A stretch of DNA of 64,000 bases, from assembly GCA_021323455.1 (NCBI GenBank), contig JAJONN010000006.1, forward strand, positions 32,722-96,721, written 5' to 3'. Source of the stretch: Alphaproteobacteria bacterium (lineage in GTDB: Bacteria; Pseudomonadota; Alphaproteobacteria; Paracaedibacterales; VGCI01). Under the pieces are notes generated by a model. That model was not told the origin of the DNA. It searched no databases and worked only from the letters and a program-made list of their open reading frames with translations. The translations under genes were made by a program, and so were the position numbers. Shown one piece after another: positions 1 through 9,073 of the stretch. Within the stretch, counting starts at the first letter, position 1; each line of letters begins with the position of its first letter.

Positions 1-1579
1 CTCCTCCGTTCAATGTCACGAGCCGCTGGCCTTTTTTGATGGTGGACGTGTCATCTCCTGTCTTGATTAGAAGCGTCCGGGAATGTTCAACAACGGTATT
101 CTGGTCTTTTTGGGCATGGGTGTAAATTTCTTCTGATCCTTTCTTATCCTCAAACCGGAATTCATTGAAGCCACCACCGCCCTTGGTGCTATTAGACTTG
201 ATGGTGCTTTTGGTTGGTTCCGCCTTTGAGTAGGGAGAAGCATTTTGCCCATTATAAACACATCCTGTAATCAGGGGACGGTCAGGGTCTCCATCTAGAA
301 ATGTCACGACGACTTCCATGCCCACGCGGGGGGTGAACAAGCCGCCCCAATTGCTTCCCGCCCATAGCTGAGCCACGCGAATCCAGCAGGAGCTTTTCTC
401 ATCCTTCGTGCCGCGTTGGTCCCAGTGGAAATGGACCTTGATGCGCCCAAACTCGTCGCACCAGATTTCCTCGCCCGCCTTGGTGGTGACAATGGCTGTT
501 TGCGTGCTGTGAATCAAGGGCTTGGGCGTGACGCGCTCCGGGCGAAAAGGGACGGTCGCTGGAAAGGCCACAAACTCATTTGCATAGCACTCCTGGTCGC
601 TTGTGGCATCCTGGTTCATACGATGGTGGACGCGGTATAAAACATACTTCTTGTTTAAGGTTGCCCGGGGGTGGTCCGACATTGAAAACTCAGACATGGG
701 GCAAAATAAGGGAACGGTTGAGGAGCCCCTCAAAGTAATTTTTGCCCATTCGAGGTCCTGAAGGCGGTGATTGGTGACCACATCGCCCTCTTTTGTTTTC
801 ATGAACAGGCCGGGGTAATGATAAACTTCCCCACCCGCTCCTTCCCCGGAAACCTTGTTATACAGGCTCATGGTGGGCGTCTTAAAGTTAAAGTCTGTCG
901 CTGCAAATTTCTTGGCAACTACCTGCTCTTGGGAACGGATGGTATGGAGAACATTGAAATGGATGGCTCCTGAATAAGATTTCAGATAAGGAATCTTTTC
1001 AGGATTCACAGCTTTAGCGCCTTTGGAATCATCGGCAATTACCATCTTATGCGTTGAGTTCGTGTGTTTGAAGAAATAGAAAATGCCCTCTTCTTCCATG
1101 AGGCGGCTGACAAAATCAAAGCAACTTTCTGCGTATTGCACCCCTTTCCCACAGGAAGAGGTTTTATCCTCAATTTCCGTGACGCCATTTTCACTCAAAA
1201 CTTGCTTGATAATATCCATGGCAGATTTGTTCTGGAAAATGCGATGATCGCGGGTAAATTTCAGCAGCCAAAATTTGGGGTAAACCTTTGCCTGGTAAAA
1301 TGTAAAATTATTTTTTTCCTTGCGAACCGTCCATCCTTGTTCTGCGGCTCCCACAATCCCGCAAAAATACCGTTTTTCTTTTCCGTACTTGTAAGTAATC
1401 TGGACTTCCTTGCCCACCAGTGCGGACAAGTCCAGGGATGGGGAAGTCGAGTGCATCTCCAGAGAAAAGCAGAAAGGGGCCGAGATTTGCTCCACCCCAT
1501 CAAATTTGTCCAGAATCAGCGCATCTTTGCCCAAGGGCGTTTTGATCGTTAAATCAACATTATCCTGTACTGCCAGCAT
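1..1579 (-). CDS. vgrG: Type VI secretion spike protein VgrG (N-terminal ~526 aa; C-terminus runs off the window start)
   Basis: Absent from the ORF track because it has no stop inside the window. My translation of the minus strand from the ATG at 1579 stays open to position 1: MLAVQDNVDLTIKTPLGKDALILDKFDGVEQISAPF...GRIKVHFHWDQRGTKDEKSSCWIRVAQLWAGSNWGGLFTPRVGMEVVVTFLDGDPDRPLITGCVYNG. This is the hallmark gp27/gp5-like VgrG core. Track ORFs 416..640, 767..973 and 1064..1552 (+) are antisense shadows. Confidence 0.85.
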   Translation of the reverse strand, partial: MLAVQDNVDLTIKTPLGKDALILDKFDGVEQISAPFCFSLEMHSTSPSLDLSALVGKEVQITYKYGKEKRYFCGIVGAAEQGWTVRKEKNNFTFYQAKVYPKFWLLKFTRDHRIFQNKSAMDIIKQVLSENGVTEIEDKTSSCGKGVQYAESCFDFVSRLMEEEGIFYFFKHTNSTHKMVIADDSKGAKAVNPEKIPYLKSYSGAIHFNVLHTIRSQEQVVAKKFAATDFNFKTPTMSLYNKVSGEGAGGEVYHYPGLFMKTKEGDVVTNHRLQDLEWAKITLRGSSTVPLFCPMSEFSMSDHPRATLNKKYVLYRVHHRMNQDATSDQECYANEFVAFPATVPFRPERVTPKPLIHSTQTAIVTTKAGEEIWCDEFGRIKVHFHWDQRGTKDEKSSCWIRVAQLWAGSNWGGLFTPRVGMEVVVTFLDGDPDRPLITGCVYNGQNASPYSKAEPTKSTIKSNSTKGGGGFNEFRFEDKKGSEEIYTHAQKDQNTVVEHSRTLLIKTGDDTSTIKKGQRLVTLNGG

Positions 1580-1788
1580 GAGTGACGCCTTGTCCTTTGT
1601 ATCCCTATTTCTCGCGCTTGATTATTCTGGCATGAAGTTTTGGTAATGTTGAGAGGGAAAATAAGGCAAGGCTGATAAAATGATATTCGCAAACAAAATC
1701 GGCAAATAACCATGCAGGAAAAAGGTTGGGGACATCGAGACCTCGTGGTATCCTATCGGCACCACTTCCCAAAAAGGCGCTTAACTTA

Positions 1789-2430
1789 ATGATTGCAAAA
1801 TTAACAGGATTGCTGGATTCCACAGGCCCGGACTGGCTTATTATTGACGTGGGCGGCGTGGGGTACCAGGTTTTTGCTTCTGGAAGGACGTTGTCCCAGC
1901 TTCCCCCGATGGGTCAAAGGTTTTCCTTGATGATTGAGACGTTGGTGCGCAATGAACAAACACAACTGTTTGGTTTTTCTGAAGAGAGGGAACGGAGCTG
2001 GTTCCGTTTGCTCTTGGGTATTCAGGGGGTTGGCGCGAAAGTCGCCTTGGCCCTCTTGACAGCCCTTTCTGCTGATGATCTCCATCGGGCCCTTTTAACA
2101 CAAGACCAAACTCTCATCACGCGGGCTGATGGCGTTGGGCCTAAGCTTGCGGGGCGTATCGTCGCTGAACTCAAAGGCAAGGTTGGCGGGCTTGATTTAG
2201 GATTATCCAGCGCAAGTCCAGAAGTTGTGGCTGGTATACCTTCCCTTTCCGGTGGCATGAGCGAAGCCATTTCTGCGCTCACCAACCTGGGGTATCGCCG
2301 TTCGGAAGCTGTTGAAGCTGTTGCCAAATCCTCCCAACGATTAGGGCCAGGAGCGTCAACAGAAGCCCTCATCCGCCAGGGGCTGAATCTATTGTCCCAA
2401 TCCCTGGCAAGCGGGGCCTCCCATGGTTGA
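1789..2430 (+). CDS. ruvA: Holliday junction DNA helicase subunit RuvA
   Basis: [11 protein letters not shown]...DVGGVGYQV...[13 protein letters not shown]...[12 protein letters not shown] (OB fold plus HhH motifs). The ATG at 1789 gives the canonical MIxxLxG N-terminus, so I prefer it to the track start at 1726. The 3' end overlaps ruvB. Confidence 0.9.
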   Translation: MIAKLTGLLDSTGPDWLIIDVGGVGYQVFASGRTLSQLPPMGQRFSLMIETLVRNEQTQLFGFSEERERSWFRLLLGIQGVGAKVALALLTALSADDLHRALLTQDQTLITRADGVGPKLAGRIVAELKGKVGGLDLGLSSASPEVVAGIPSLSGGMSEAISALTNLGYRRSEAVEAVAKSSQRLGPGASTEALIRQGLNLLSQSLASGASHG

Positions 2431-3439
2431 CCCTAAGCCAGACGGGCGTATTAGCACGCCAGAGCTTCTTGAAGAAGATCAGGGGGAAGTCTCCTTGCGC
2501 CCTTTAAGCCTCAAGGACTTTACCGGACAAGCCCCGGTGCGCGCCAATTTAAGCGTGTTTATTGAGGCTGCCCGCGCCCGGGGGGATGCCATGGATCACG
2601 TTTTGCTCTTCGGCCCGCCAGGCTTGGGCAAAACAACCCTAGCCCAAATCATCGCGCGGGAACTCGGCGTTGGTTTTCGCACGACTTCCGGTCCCATCAT
2701 CGCCCGCGCTGGTGACCTGGCTGCCCTCTTGACGAACCTCCAGCCACGGGATGTCTTGTTTATTGACGAAATCCACCGCCTCAGCCCCGCCATTGAAGAA
2801 ATTTTGTACCCTGCCATGGAGGATTTCAAACTAGATATTATGATTGGCGAAGGGCCGGCTGCTCGTTCTATCCAAATTGATTTGCCACCCTTTACCCTTG
2901 TGGGCGCGACTACCCGCAGCGGGTTGCTGACACAACCTTTACGGGAACGGTTTGGCATCCCGTTGCGCCTTCAGTTTTATGAAGTGGATGAACTGAAACG
3001 CATCGTGAAGCGGGGGGCGGATTTGCTGGGTTTTGATTTAAGCCCAGACGGCGCGACAGAAATCGCCCGCCGGTCCCGCGGGACACCGCGGATTGCGGGG
3101 CGCCTCTTACGCCGAATTCGAGACTTTGCCGCGGTGGGTGGCCAAGCCATCGTTACAGCGGAAGTGGCGAACCTGGCGCTGAATCGATTGGGTGTTGATC
3201 GCTTAGGGCTTGAAGCCCAAGATCAGCGCTACCTTCACTTAATGGTCGATTTTTATAAAGGCGGCCCTGTGGGCGTTGAAACCCTTGCCGCAGCTTTGGC
3301 TGAACAATCCGAAACGCTGGAAGAAGTCATTGAGCCTTATCTCATCCAGCAAGGGTTGATCCAACGCACGTCCCGCGGGCGCATGCTTACCGACCTGGCT
3401 TATGACCACCTAGGGTTGGCGAAAGCTGAAGCTGTTTAA
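2423..3439 (+). CDS. ruvB: Holliday junction branch migration ATPase RuvB
   Basis: [12 protein letters not shown], Walker [12 protein letters not shown], Walker B FIDEIHRL, sensor [23 protein letters not shown]. Conserved ruvA-ruvB order. Confidence 0.95.
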   Translation: MVDPKPDGRISTPELLEEDQGEVSLRPLSLKDFTGQAPVRANLSVFIEAARARGDAMDHVLLFGPPGLGKTTLAQIIARELGVGFRTTSGPIIARAGDLAALLTNLQPRDVLFIDEIHRLSPAIEEILYPAMEDFKLDIMIGEGPAARSIQIDLPPFTLVGATTRSGLLTQPLRERFGIPLRLQFYEVDELKRIVKRGADLLGFDLSPDGATEIARRSRGTPRIAGRLLRRIRDFAAVGGQAIVTAEVANLALNRLGVDRLGLEAQDQRYLHLMVDFYKGGPVGVETLAAALAEQSETLEEVIEPYLIQQGLIQRTSRGRMLTDLAYDHLGLAKAEAV

Positions 3440-3497
3440 ATCCTTTAAAAATTGTCGAGTTCTGCTTTGGTAAATAATATTTTCACCCATTTTCTGC

Positions 3498-3527
3498 TTG
3501 AAAAATATAGTAATACTACTATATTAT
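3498..3527 (+). promoter_or_regulatory. Putative sigma70-type promoter with embedded palindromic operator for the TA pair
   Basis: TTGAAA at 3498..3503 and TATATT/TATTAT around 3520..3527. A perfect 8-bp inverted repeat, ATATAGTA (3505..3512) and TACTATAT (3517..3524), lies between the -35 and -10 elements. Confidence 0.4.
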
Positions 3528-3545
3528 GAAGTGAAGGGATGTCTC

Positions 3546-3899
3546 GTGCTAAAGTCACTATATTGGGTTGGTAGTTCCAAGGATGATCTCATGGAATTTC
3601 CAGAAGATGTCCGAGAAGAAGTTGGCTATTCTCTCTATTGGGCCCAAAAAGGGGATAAACATTTTTCTGTAAAGCCCCTTAAAGGCTTTAAGGGAGCCGG
3701 GGTATTAGAAGTCGTTGAGGACTATAAGACGAATACTTATAGGGTAGTTTATACAGTTGCATTTAAAGAATCCGTATATGTTCTCCATGCTTTTCAAAAG
3801 AAATCCAAGCATGGGATTGCAACACCAAAGAAGGAAATAGATCTTATTGAGGCAAGGTTTAAGCTGGCCCAAGAAGATTACGACAGGAGAAAGAAATGA
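3546..3899 (+). CDS. RelE/HigB-type toxin (phage Gp49-like family)
   Basis: LKSLYWVGSSKDDLMEFPEDVREEVGYSLYWAQKGDKHFSVKPLKGFKGAGVLEVVEDYKTNTYRVVYTVAFKESVYVLHAFQKKSKHGIATPKKEIDL fits the Gp49/HigB-like pattern. A GTG at 3546 follows an AAGGGA RBS and is preferred to the TTG at 3498, which is the -35 box. The stop overlaps the downstream ATG (ATGA). Confidence 0.7.
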   Translation: MLKSLYWVGSSKDDLMEFPEDVREEVGYSLYWAQKGDKHFSVKPLKGFKGAGVLEVVEDYKTNTYRVVYTVAFKESVYVLHAFQKKSKHGIATPKKEIDLIEARFKLAQEDYDRRKK

Positions 3900-4219
3900 C
3901 CGAAAAGATTATTAAGGCAGGGGACAACATATTTGCTGACCTCAAAATCCAGGAACCCGAAGAGGTCTTGGCAAAAGCTGAATTAGCTCGAAAAATCCAG
4001 AAAACTATCACATTAAGGAAGCTTACCCAACTCCAGGCAGCCCATATTTTGGGATTAAGGCAGCCGGATGTGTCTGATTTGTTTCGAGGACGGCTCCATA
4101 AATTCTCCATCGACCGCTTGATCCATCTGCTCAACTTATTGGATTGGGATGTTAATATTGTTATCAAAAGGAAGCAGCCAAAGGCTCAAATAGGGGTTAC
4201 GCATGTCGTTGCTGTTTAG
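3896..4219 (+). CDS. XRE-family HTH antitoxin (HigA-like)
   Basis: The HTH region TLRKLTQLQAAHILGLRQPDVSDLFRGRLHKFSIDRLIHLLNLL is typical of partners of Gp49-like toxins. A 4-nt overlap with the toxin gene indicates translational coupling. Confidence 0.7.
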   Translation: MTEKIIKAGDNIFADLKIQEPEEVLAKAELARKIQKTITLRKLTQLQAAHILGLRQPDVSDLFRGRLHKFSIDRLIHLLNLLDWDVNIVIKRKQPKAQIGVTHVVAV

Positions 4220-4290
4220 GTTGGTTTTCAACTCAAAGATGGATGAAGGATATCTATTAATGGTCAGGTCCTCTCATCATCTCCTTATCA

Positions 4291-5571
4291 TTAAGGAGCC
4301 CGAATACGCGGCAAGAAGGACGTAAAATAAGAATCAGGGGTAATGATTTCTCCTTTAATCCCCAATTCTTTTTCAGCTTCTTCTAAAGCGGCAGTTTCCC
4401 TTTTCAAGGTATCCGGGTCGTTCATATCCCAGCAAACTTGATAGAGATGCCACGTGCCCAAACCATCCCGCGCCATAAAATCAACCTCTTTACGCGTTTT
4501 GGTTAGATAATAACAAACTTCTTCATGTTTGCTTCTTCTTAAGTCCAGATAAACAAGATTCTCAAAATGATGTCCTACATCTTGGGTACGCCCTATCGTG
4601 TAGGCCCTGGCTAATCCTGTATCAACAGCATATATTTTCTTAGGGTTTGTTTGTATCTTTCGCAATGAATCATCATAGAGCGACACAGGAAAAGCAAGGT
4701 AAGCATCCGAGATGTACCCAAGGTAATCATGGATGGTGTCTTTCCCTACTGAGAAGCCTTGACTTTTCAGGTCATTGTAAAACTTATGGACAGCAAAACT
4801 GCACCCCGTGTTCCTGAGAAGTGTCTTGATCATATACCGAATCAGGGCAATATTGGTAATGCGGTAGCGCTCCACAATATCTCGTAAAATAACGGTAGAT
4901 ACATAGTTCTGTAAGGTATACCGCCAGGCTTGATGATCCAGTTGATGATTTAAAAATATGTTTTCCGGGAATCCGCCTTGCTCCATGTAAAAATTTAAAT
5001 GTCCTTTCAATTTGTCCAGGGTATTTTTTCCCAGAACCTTGCCAGGCGTATCTATCTGTTTTGCCCTTAAATATTCAGAAAAGCTGAAAGGCCAGACCTC
5101 GACCGGATAGGAGCGGCCCCGCAAGGAAGTATTAATTTCCTTACTCAAGAGCTTTGCTGATGAGCCGGTCAGATAAATTTTCACTTTTTTTGTGTCAAAA
5201 TACCTCCGTATGACTGTATGCCACTGATCAACGTTCTGGATTTCATCAAAGAACAGGTAGCAGAGATGATCATGGTTTTCAGGATAGAGCGTATAAAATG
5301 CATCAACCAATTCCCCGAATTCTTTTTGGGTCATGGGAAGCAAGCGGTCGTCTTCAAAACTTATAAAAAGGATCCGGGTGATGGGTACATCTTTGAGCAG
5401 TCTTTGTATGACTTGAAGCAAAGAATACGTCTTGCCTGTACGCCTCATCCCTATAGCAACCATAATCTTGTTTGCGATTGTAGGGAAATGTATTTCTCGA
5501 GAGACACCCCCCGTAAAGGCGTCCATTTTTTCACGGAATTCCTCAATCAATGTTTGAAGCAAAATATTCAT
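4291..5571 (-). CDS. AAA_14/DUF4143-type ATPase (paralog 1)
   Basis: P-loop GMRRTGKTY and Walker B YLFFDEIQNV, followed by a C-terminal region with TKTRKEVDFMARD (restriction-endonuclease-like tail typical of this family). ATG at 5571 (MNILLQTLIEEF) with an AAGGA RBS. The track start at 5610 would translate the operator palindrome. Confidence 0.75.
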   Translation of the reverse strand: MNILLQTLIEEFREKMDAFTGGVSREIHFPTIANKIMVAIGMRRTGKTYSLLQVIQRLLKDVPITRILFISFEDDRLLPMTQKEFGELVDAFYTLYPENHDHLCYLFFDEIQNVDQWHTVIRRYFDTKKVKIYLTGSSAKLLSKEINTSLRGRSYPVEVWPFSFSEYLRAKQIDTPGKVLGKNTLDKLKGHLNFYMEQGGFPENIFLNHQLDHQAWRYTLQNYVSTVILRDIVERYRITNIALIRYMIKTLLRNTGCSFAVHKFYNDLKSQGFSVGKDTIHDYLGYISDAYLAFPVSLYDDSLRKIQTNPKKIYAVDTGLARAYTIGRTQDVGHHFENLVYLDLRRSKHEEVCYYLTKTRKEVDFMARDGLGTWHLYQVCWDMNDPDTLKRETAALEEAEKELGIKGEIITPDSYFTSFLPRIRAP

Positions 5572-5578
5572 TTTTATA

Positions 5579-5706
5579 ATCCATCCTTGTATACAAGGAC
5601 AGATTAACATAATTCTATCATTTTATACAAGGACGGATTCCTAGAGATCTGTCCTTATGAATAAGGGTATAGTAATATAAATCCATCCTTATGTGAAAGG
5701 ACAGAT
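5579..5706. promoter_or_regulatory. Array of three inverted-repeat operator-like sites upstream of the ATPase gene
   Basis: Site 1 is 5579..5604 (ATCCATCCTTGTATACAAGGACAGAT). Site 2 is 5629..5656 (AAGGACGGAT-n8-ATCTGTCCTT). Site 3 is 5681..5706 (ATCCATCCTT-n6-AAGGACAGAT). All share the half-site AAGGACrGAT. Centres are at 5591.5, 5642.5 and 5693.5, exactly 51 bp apart. Confidence 0.45.
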
Positions 5707-5751
5707 TTTGAGAGTTGGGTTTAGCACTTTGAAAAATAAGCGCAAAATCCC

Positions 5752-8475
5752 TCACACCATCCCCCTTAGTCGATACAATTCTTCCAAAGCCTGACGGGGA
5801 GAAAGGTCGTCGAGGACGAGGGCGCGTAAAGCTTCTTCGACGTGAGAAGAGGCGGCGGGAAGGGAGGTAGGCCCAAAATTTTCAAATGAGGCCGGCGGAA
5901 CCGCAAACGGCGCAGCCGCAGCTGGAATTTCTGGCGCGTCTTTGCGGCTCTTTTCCAGGGTTTCCAAAACCTGTCCTGCGCGCTCCACGGCCAAGGCAGG
6001 CAAACCCGCGAGGGCGGCGACATGGATGCCGTAAGATTTATCGGCGCACCCGGGAACAACTTCATGAAGAAAGATGACGTCACCGTTCCATTCCTTGATG
6101 CGCATGGTTGCGCAAACCATCATGGGCAGGTTTTTCGTAAGTTGCGTCAGCTCATGGTAATGGGTGGCAAATAAGGCTCGGCATTTATTGACATTACACA
6201 AGGACTCAACTACGGCCCACGCAATGGACAAACCATCGAAAGTGGCGGTGCCGCGCCCAATCTCATCCAAGATAACGAAGGAGCGGGACGTGGCTTGGTG
6301 CAAAATGGCGGCGGTTTCGACCATCTCTACCATAAAGGTTGAGCGGCCGGCCGCCAGGTCATCAGCCGCACCAACCCGGCTGAAGATGCGATCAACGATC
6401 CCAATGTGCGCCGACGCGGCGGGCACGTAAGAGCCCATCTGGGCCAGTAAAATGATCACCGCATTCTGGCGCAAATAGGTGCTTTTTCCGGCCATATTCG
6501 GCCCCGTCATCAGGATAAGCCTTGTTGCCTCATCCATCCGGCAACTGTTTGCCACGAAAGGGGTATCGCTCACCGTTTTTAAGGCCGCTTCAACGACCGG
6601 ATGGCGTCCTTCTTTCACCTCAAACACCAAGCTGTCATCCACCAGGGGGCGCACATAATTTTCACGCGCCGCCAGGTCAGCGAAAGCTGCGGCCACATCA
6701 ATACTGGCAAGCGCGCGGCAGGTTTGCAAAATCTCGGGCGCGCGACCCTGGATTTCCCCGATTAAGTCGGCGAAAAGCTGGAGTTCCAGCGCCAGGGCCT
6801 GGTGAGCGGCGGCTTCAATCTGGCGTTCCAGCTCAGATAAAGCCACGGTTGTATATCGGATGGAAGACCCCAAGGTCTGGCGGTGGATAAATTCTTCGGC
6901 CTCTCCTGCTTTCGCAAGAGCAAGCTTTTGCGCATGGGAAGGGCCAATATCGACGTGATAGCCGATAACATTATTATGGCGAATTTTTAAGGTGTTGATG
7001 CCGGTCTTGGCAATGTATTCCGCTTGCAGTTTTTGGATGAGGCTAAAACTGTCATCCCGAAGGGTGCGGTAGGTGTCCAGACCTTCATGGTAGCCGGGCG
7101 CAATAAAGCCCCCATCGCGCGCATGAGGGGGCAAGCTTTCGGCAAGCGCGCGGCTAAGACGGTCCAGCACCGTTAAATGCCCCCCTAAACGGTCAGATTC
7201 CCGCGATAAAGGACTTGGCATTTTTTGCAGCGCTAACAACTTCTGGATTCCTTCCGCTTGCGTTAAGCCATCGCGAAGCGCGGCTAAATCGCGGGGGCTT
7301 CCCCGCCCCAGGTTGATGCGAGATAATGCCCGTTCCATATCGGGACATAATTTTAAAGCTTGGCGAACTTGGTCTCTTACGTCACGCGCTTCTCTAAAAA
7401 ACGTCACCATGTCCAGGCGTTGGGCAATGGCCGTAGCGTTCGTCAAAGGGGCATTTAAACGTAAGCTTAACAAGCGGCCCCCAGCCGCTGTCAGCGTTCC
7501 GTCAATGGCGTCAAGGAGCGTGCCTTGGCGCTGCCCGCTCAAAGTGACTTCCAGCTCCAGGCTGCGCCGCGTTGCGGGATCAATCATTAAAATGGCTTGG
7601 GACGAGATCTTGCGGGGACGCTCGATCATCTTCAAGGCGGATTTTTGCGTGATGTGGATATAATCAACCAATGCGCCCGCGGCTCGAATTTCCCCCTCGG
7701 TAAAGGTCCCGAAAGCATCCAGGGTTTGGACCTGGTAGACCTCTTCCAAGCGGCGTCGGTTATTCTGGCCGTCGAACCGCGCTTGCGGCAACGGGCTTAA
7801 TTTTTTCTTCCAGGCAGCAAATGTTTCATAAAGGCCAGGTTCTTCCAAAAGACGGTCCGGCAGGACGATTTCGGCAGGATTGAGGCGCGCGAGAAGGGAC
7901 GCTAACCCCTCCGGCGTTGTTTCTTCAATCAAGAATACGCCCGTTGATAGGTCAATCGCCCCAACGCCAATTACTTTTTGCATTAAGGGAGAAAGTGCCA
8001 CTAAAAAATTGTTTTGGCGTGCTTCCAAAAGACCGTCTTCTGTCAAGGTCCCGGCGGTGACAACCCGTACCACATCCCGGCGCAAGGGGCCCTTGGCACC
8101 CCGCTTTTTTGCTGTTTCCGGGTCTTCCATTTGTTCGCAAACCGCAACCTTAAATCCCTTTTGAATGAGCCGGGCTAAATACGTCTCATAGGTGTGGGCT
8201 GGGACGCCACACATGGGGATTTCTTCCCCTTCTTGCTTCCCACGTTTGGTTAAGGCAATATCGAGCGCCTTGGACGCACAAACCGCATCCTCAAAGAAGA
8301 GTTCATAAAAATCACCCATTCTGAAAAACAATAGGCAAGCGGGATATTGTTGTTTTATTTCCCAATATTGCGCCATCACGGGCGACATCCCAAGCGGTGC
8401 CGTGGTTGGCAGAGATGGCTTCTTCCTCAGTGGCTGAGGTTCATCGAAATTGAGTTGAGGTTGAGCATGGGTCAT
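5752..8475 (-). CDS. mutS: DNA mismatch repair protein MutS
   Basis: 907 aa. N-terminal TPVMAQYWEIKQQYPACLLFFRMGDFYELFFEDA, Walker A MTGPNMAGKST, DEIGRGTATFDG, FATHYHELT. Confidence 0.95.
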   Translation of the reverse strand: MTHAQPQLNFDEPQPLRKKPSLPTTAPLGMSPVMAQYWEIKQQYPACLLFFRMGDFYELFFEDAVCASKALDIALTKRGKQEGEEIPMCGVPAHTYETYLARLIQKGFKVAVCEQMEDPETAKKRGAKGPLRRDVVRVVTAGTLTEDGLLEARQNNFLVALSPLMQKVIGVGAIDLSTGVFLIEETTPEGLASLLARLNPAEIVLPDRLLEEPGLYETFAAWKKKLSPLPQARFDGQNNRRRLEEVYQVQTLDAFGTFTEGEIRAAGALVDYIHITQKSALKMIERPRKISSQAILMIDPATRRSLELEVTLSGQRQGTLLDAIDGTLTAAGGRLLSLRLNAPLTNATAIAQRLDMVTFFREARDVRDQVRQALKLCPDMERALSRINLGRGSPRDLAALRDGLTQAEGIQKLLALQKMPSPLSRESDRLGGHLTVLDRLSRALAESLPPHARDGGFIAPGYHEGLDTYRTLRDDSFSLIQKLQAEYIAKTGINTLKIRHNNVIGYHVDIGPSHAQKLALAKAGEAEEFIHRQTLGSSIRYTTVALSELERQIEAAAHQALALELQLFADLIGEIQGRAPEILQTCRALASIDVAAAFADLAARENYVRPLVDDSLVFEVKEGRHPVVEAALKTVSDTPFVANSCRMDEATRLILMTGPNMAGKSTYLRQNAVIILLAQMGSYVPAASAHIGIVDRIFSRVGAADDLAAGRSTFMVEMVETAAILHQATSRSFVILDEIGRGTATFDGLSIAWAVVESLCNVNKCRALFATHYHELTQLTKNLPMMVCATMRIKEWNGDVIFLHEVVPGCADKSYGIHVAALAGLPALAVERAGQVLETLEKSRKDAPEIPAAAAPFAVPPASFENFGPTSLPAASSHVEEALRALVLDDLSPRQALEELYRLRGMV

Positions 8476-8593
8476 GGGGGGTATATGATTCTCCTTTTAC
8501 GGATGCTTTTGGTTTTTCTATTTAAACCAGAAGGGGGCGAAAGGGCAAGCGATCAGCGTTTATTCTGCGCTATTGCGCTTACACATGTGACGA

Positions 8594-8823
8594 TATCTCT
8601 CAAAAGGAGAGGTGCAGCAGGTTTGGTTTTTGCTTCCCTGCTGCTGGGGGGTCGCTATACGTCAATGACGTATAAAGTTGGTTTTTTTTATCTGTCTACA
8701 CGCCCTTTTGCTGACACTTATGGTGGCCTCTTCCACAAAGGGAGAGAGGCAACAGACCTTATTTTTGACTCGATGCTTGCTGAGCTTCCCTATACGCCAA
8801 TGGCGTATAAAACCGGTTTTTTT
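8594..8823 (+). repeat. Two tandem copies of a ~95-bp double-hairpin plus T-run unit
   Basis: Each unit has three parts: a CTCTCC-n-GGAGAG hairpin, a spacer, and a TATACG(T/C)CA-n-TG(A/G)CGTATA palindrome (8656..8674 and 8791..8809) followed by AAAnnGGTTTTTTT. A third copy is at 18629..18727. Confidence 0.55.
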
Positions 8824-9073
8824 GTATCCCTCCCCGATCATGGCAAGAAGAGTCTCTTATAAGAGCTCCTTCCAGGATTTGTCAAATTTTAAAATTGCCC
8901 CTAAAGCATGATCCTTCAAGCCGACCGGTTCTTTTCGTGTCAATAGGAGAGGGACGCTATCTCTTAAGGGTGTCCCGGGACTTGATTCATGAATGCAGTA
9001 TAATGGATGCTGAAAAATAAACATAATCAAAATGCCCTAAATCCTTTCCGACGGCGGTGTACCTTAGTGAAGG

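Noticed and set aside
416-1552. Track ORFs on the + strand (416..640, 767..973, 1064..1552) and short minus-strand ORFs (67..261, 304..492, 1261..1503)
   Set aside because: They overlap the long uninterrupted VgrG frame on the minus strand, have no recognisable motifs, and behave as antisense or off-frame shadows.
8347-8911. 171-aa and 77-aa ORFs upstream of mutS
   Set aside because: They run through the mutS start region and the tandem hairpin/T-run repeats. The sequence is repeat-derived and low-complexity with no coding signature.
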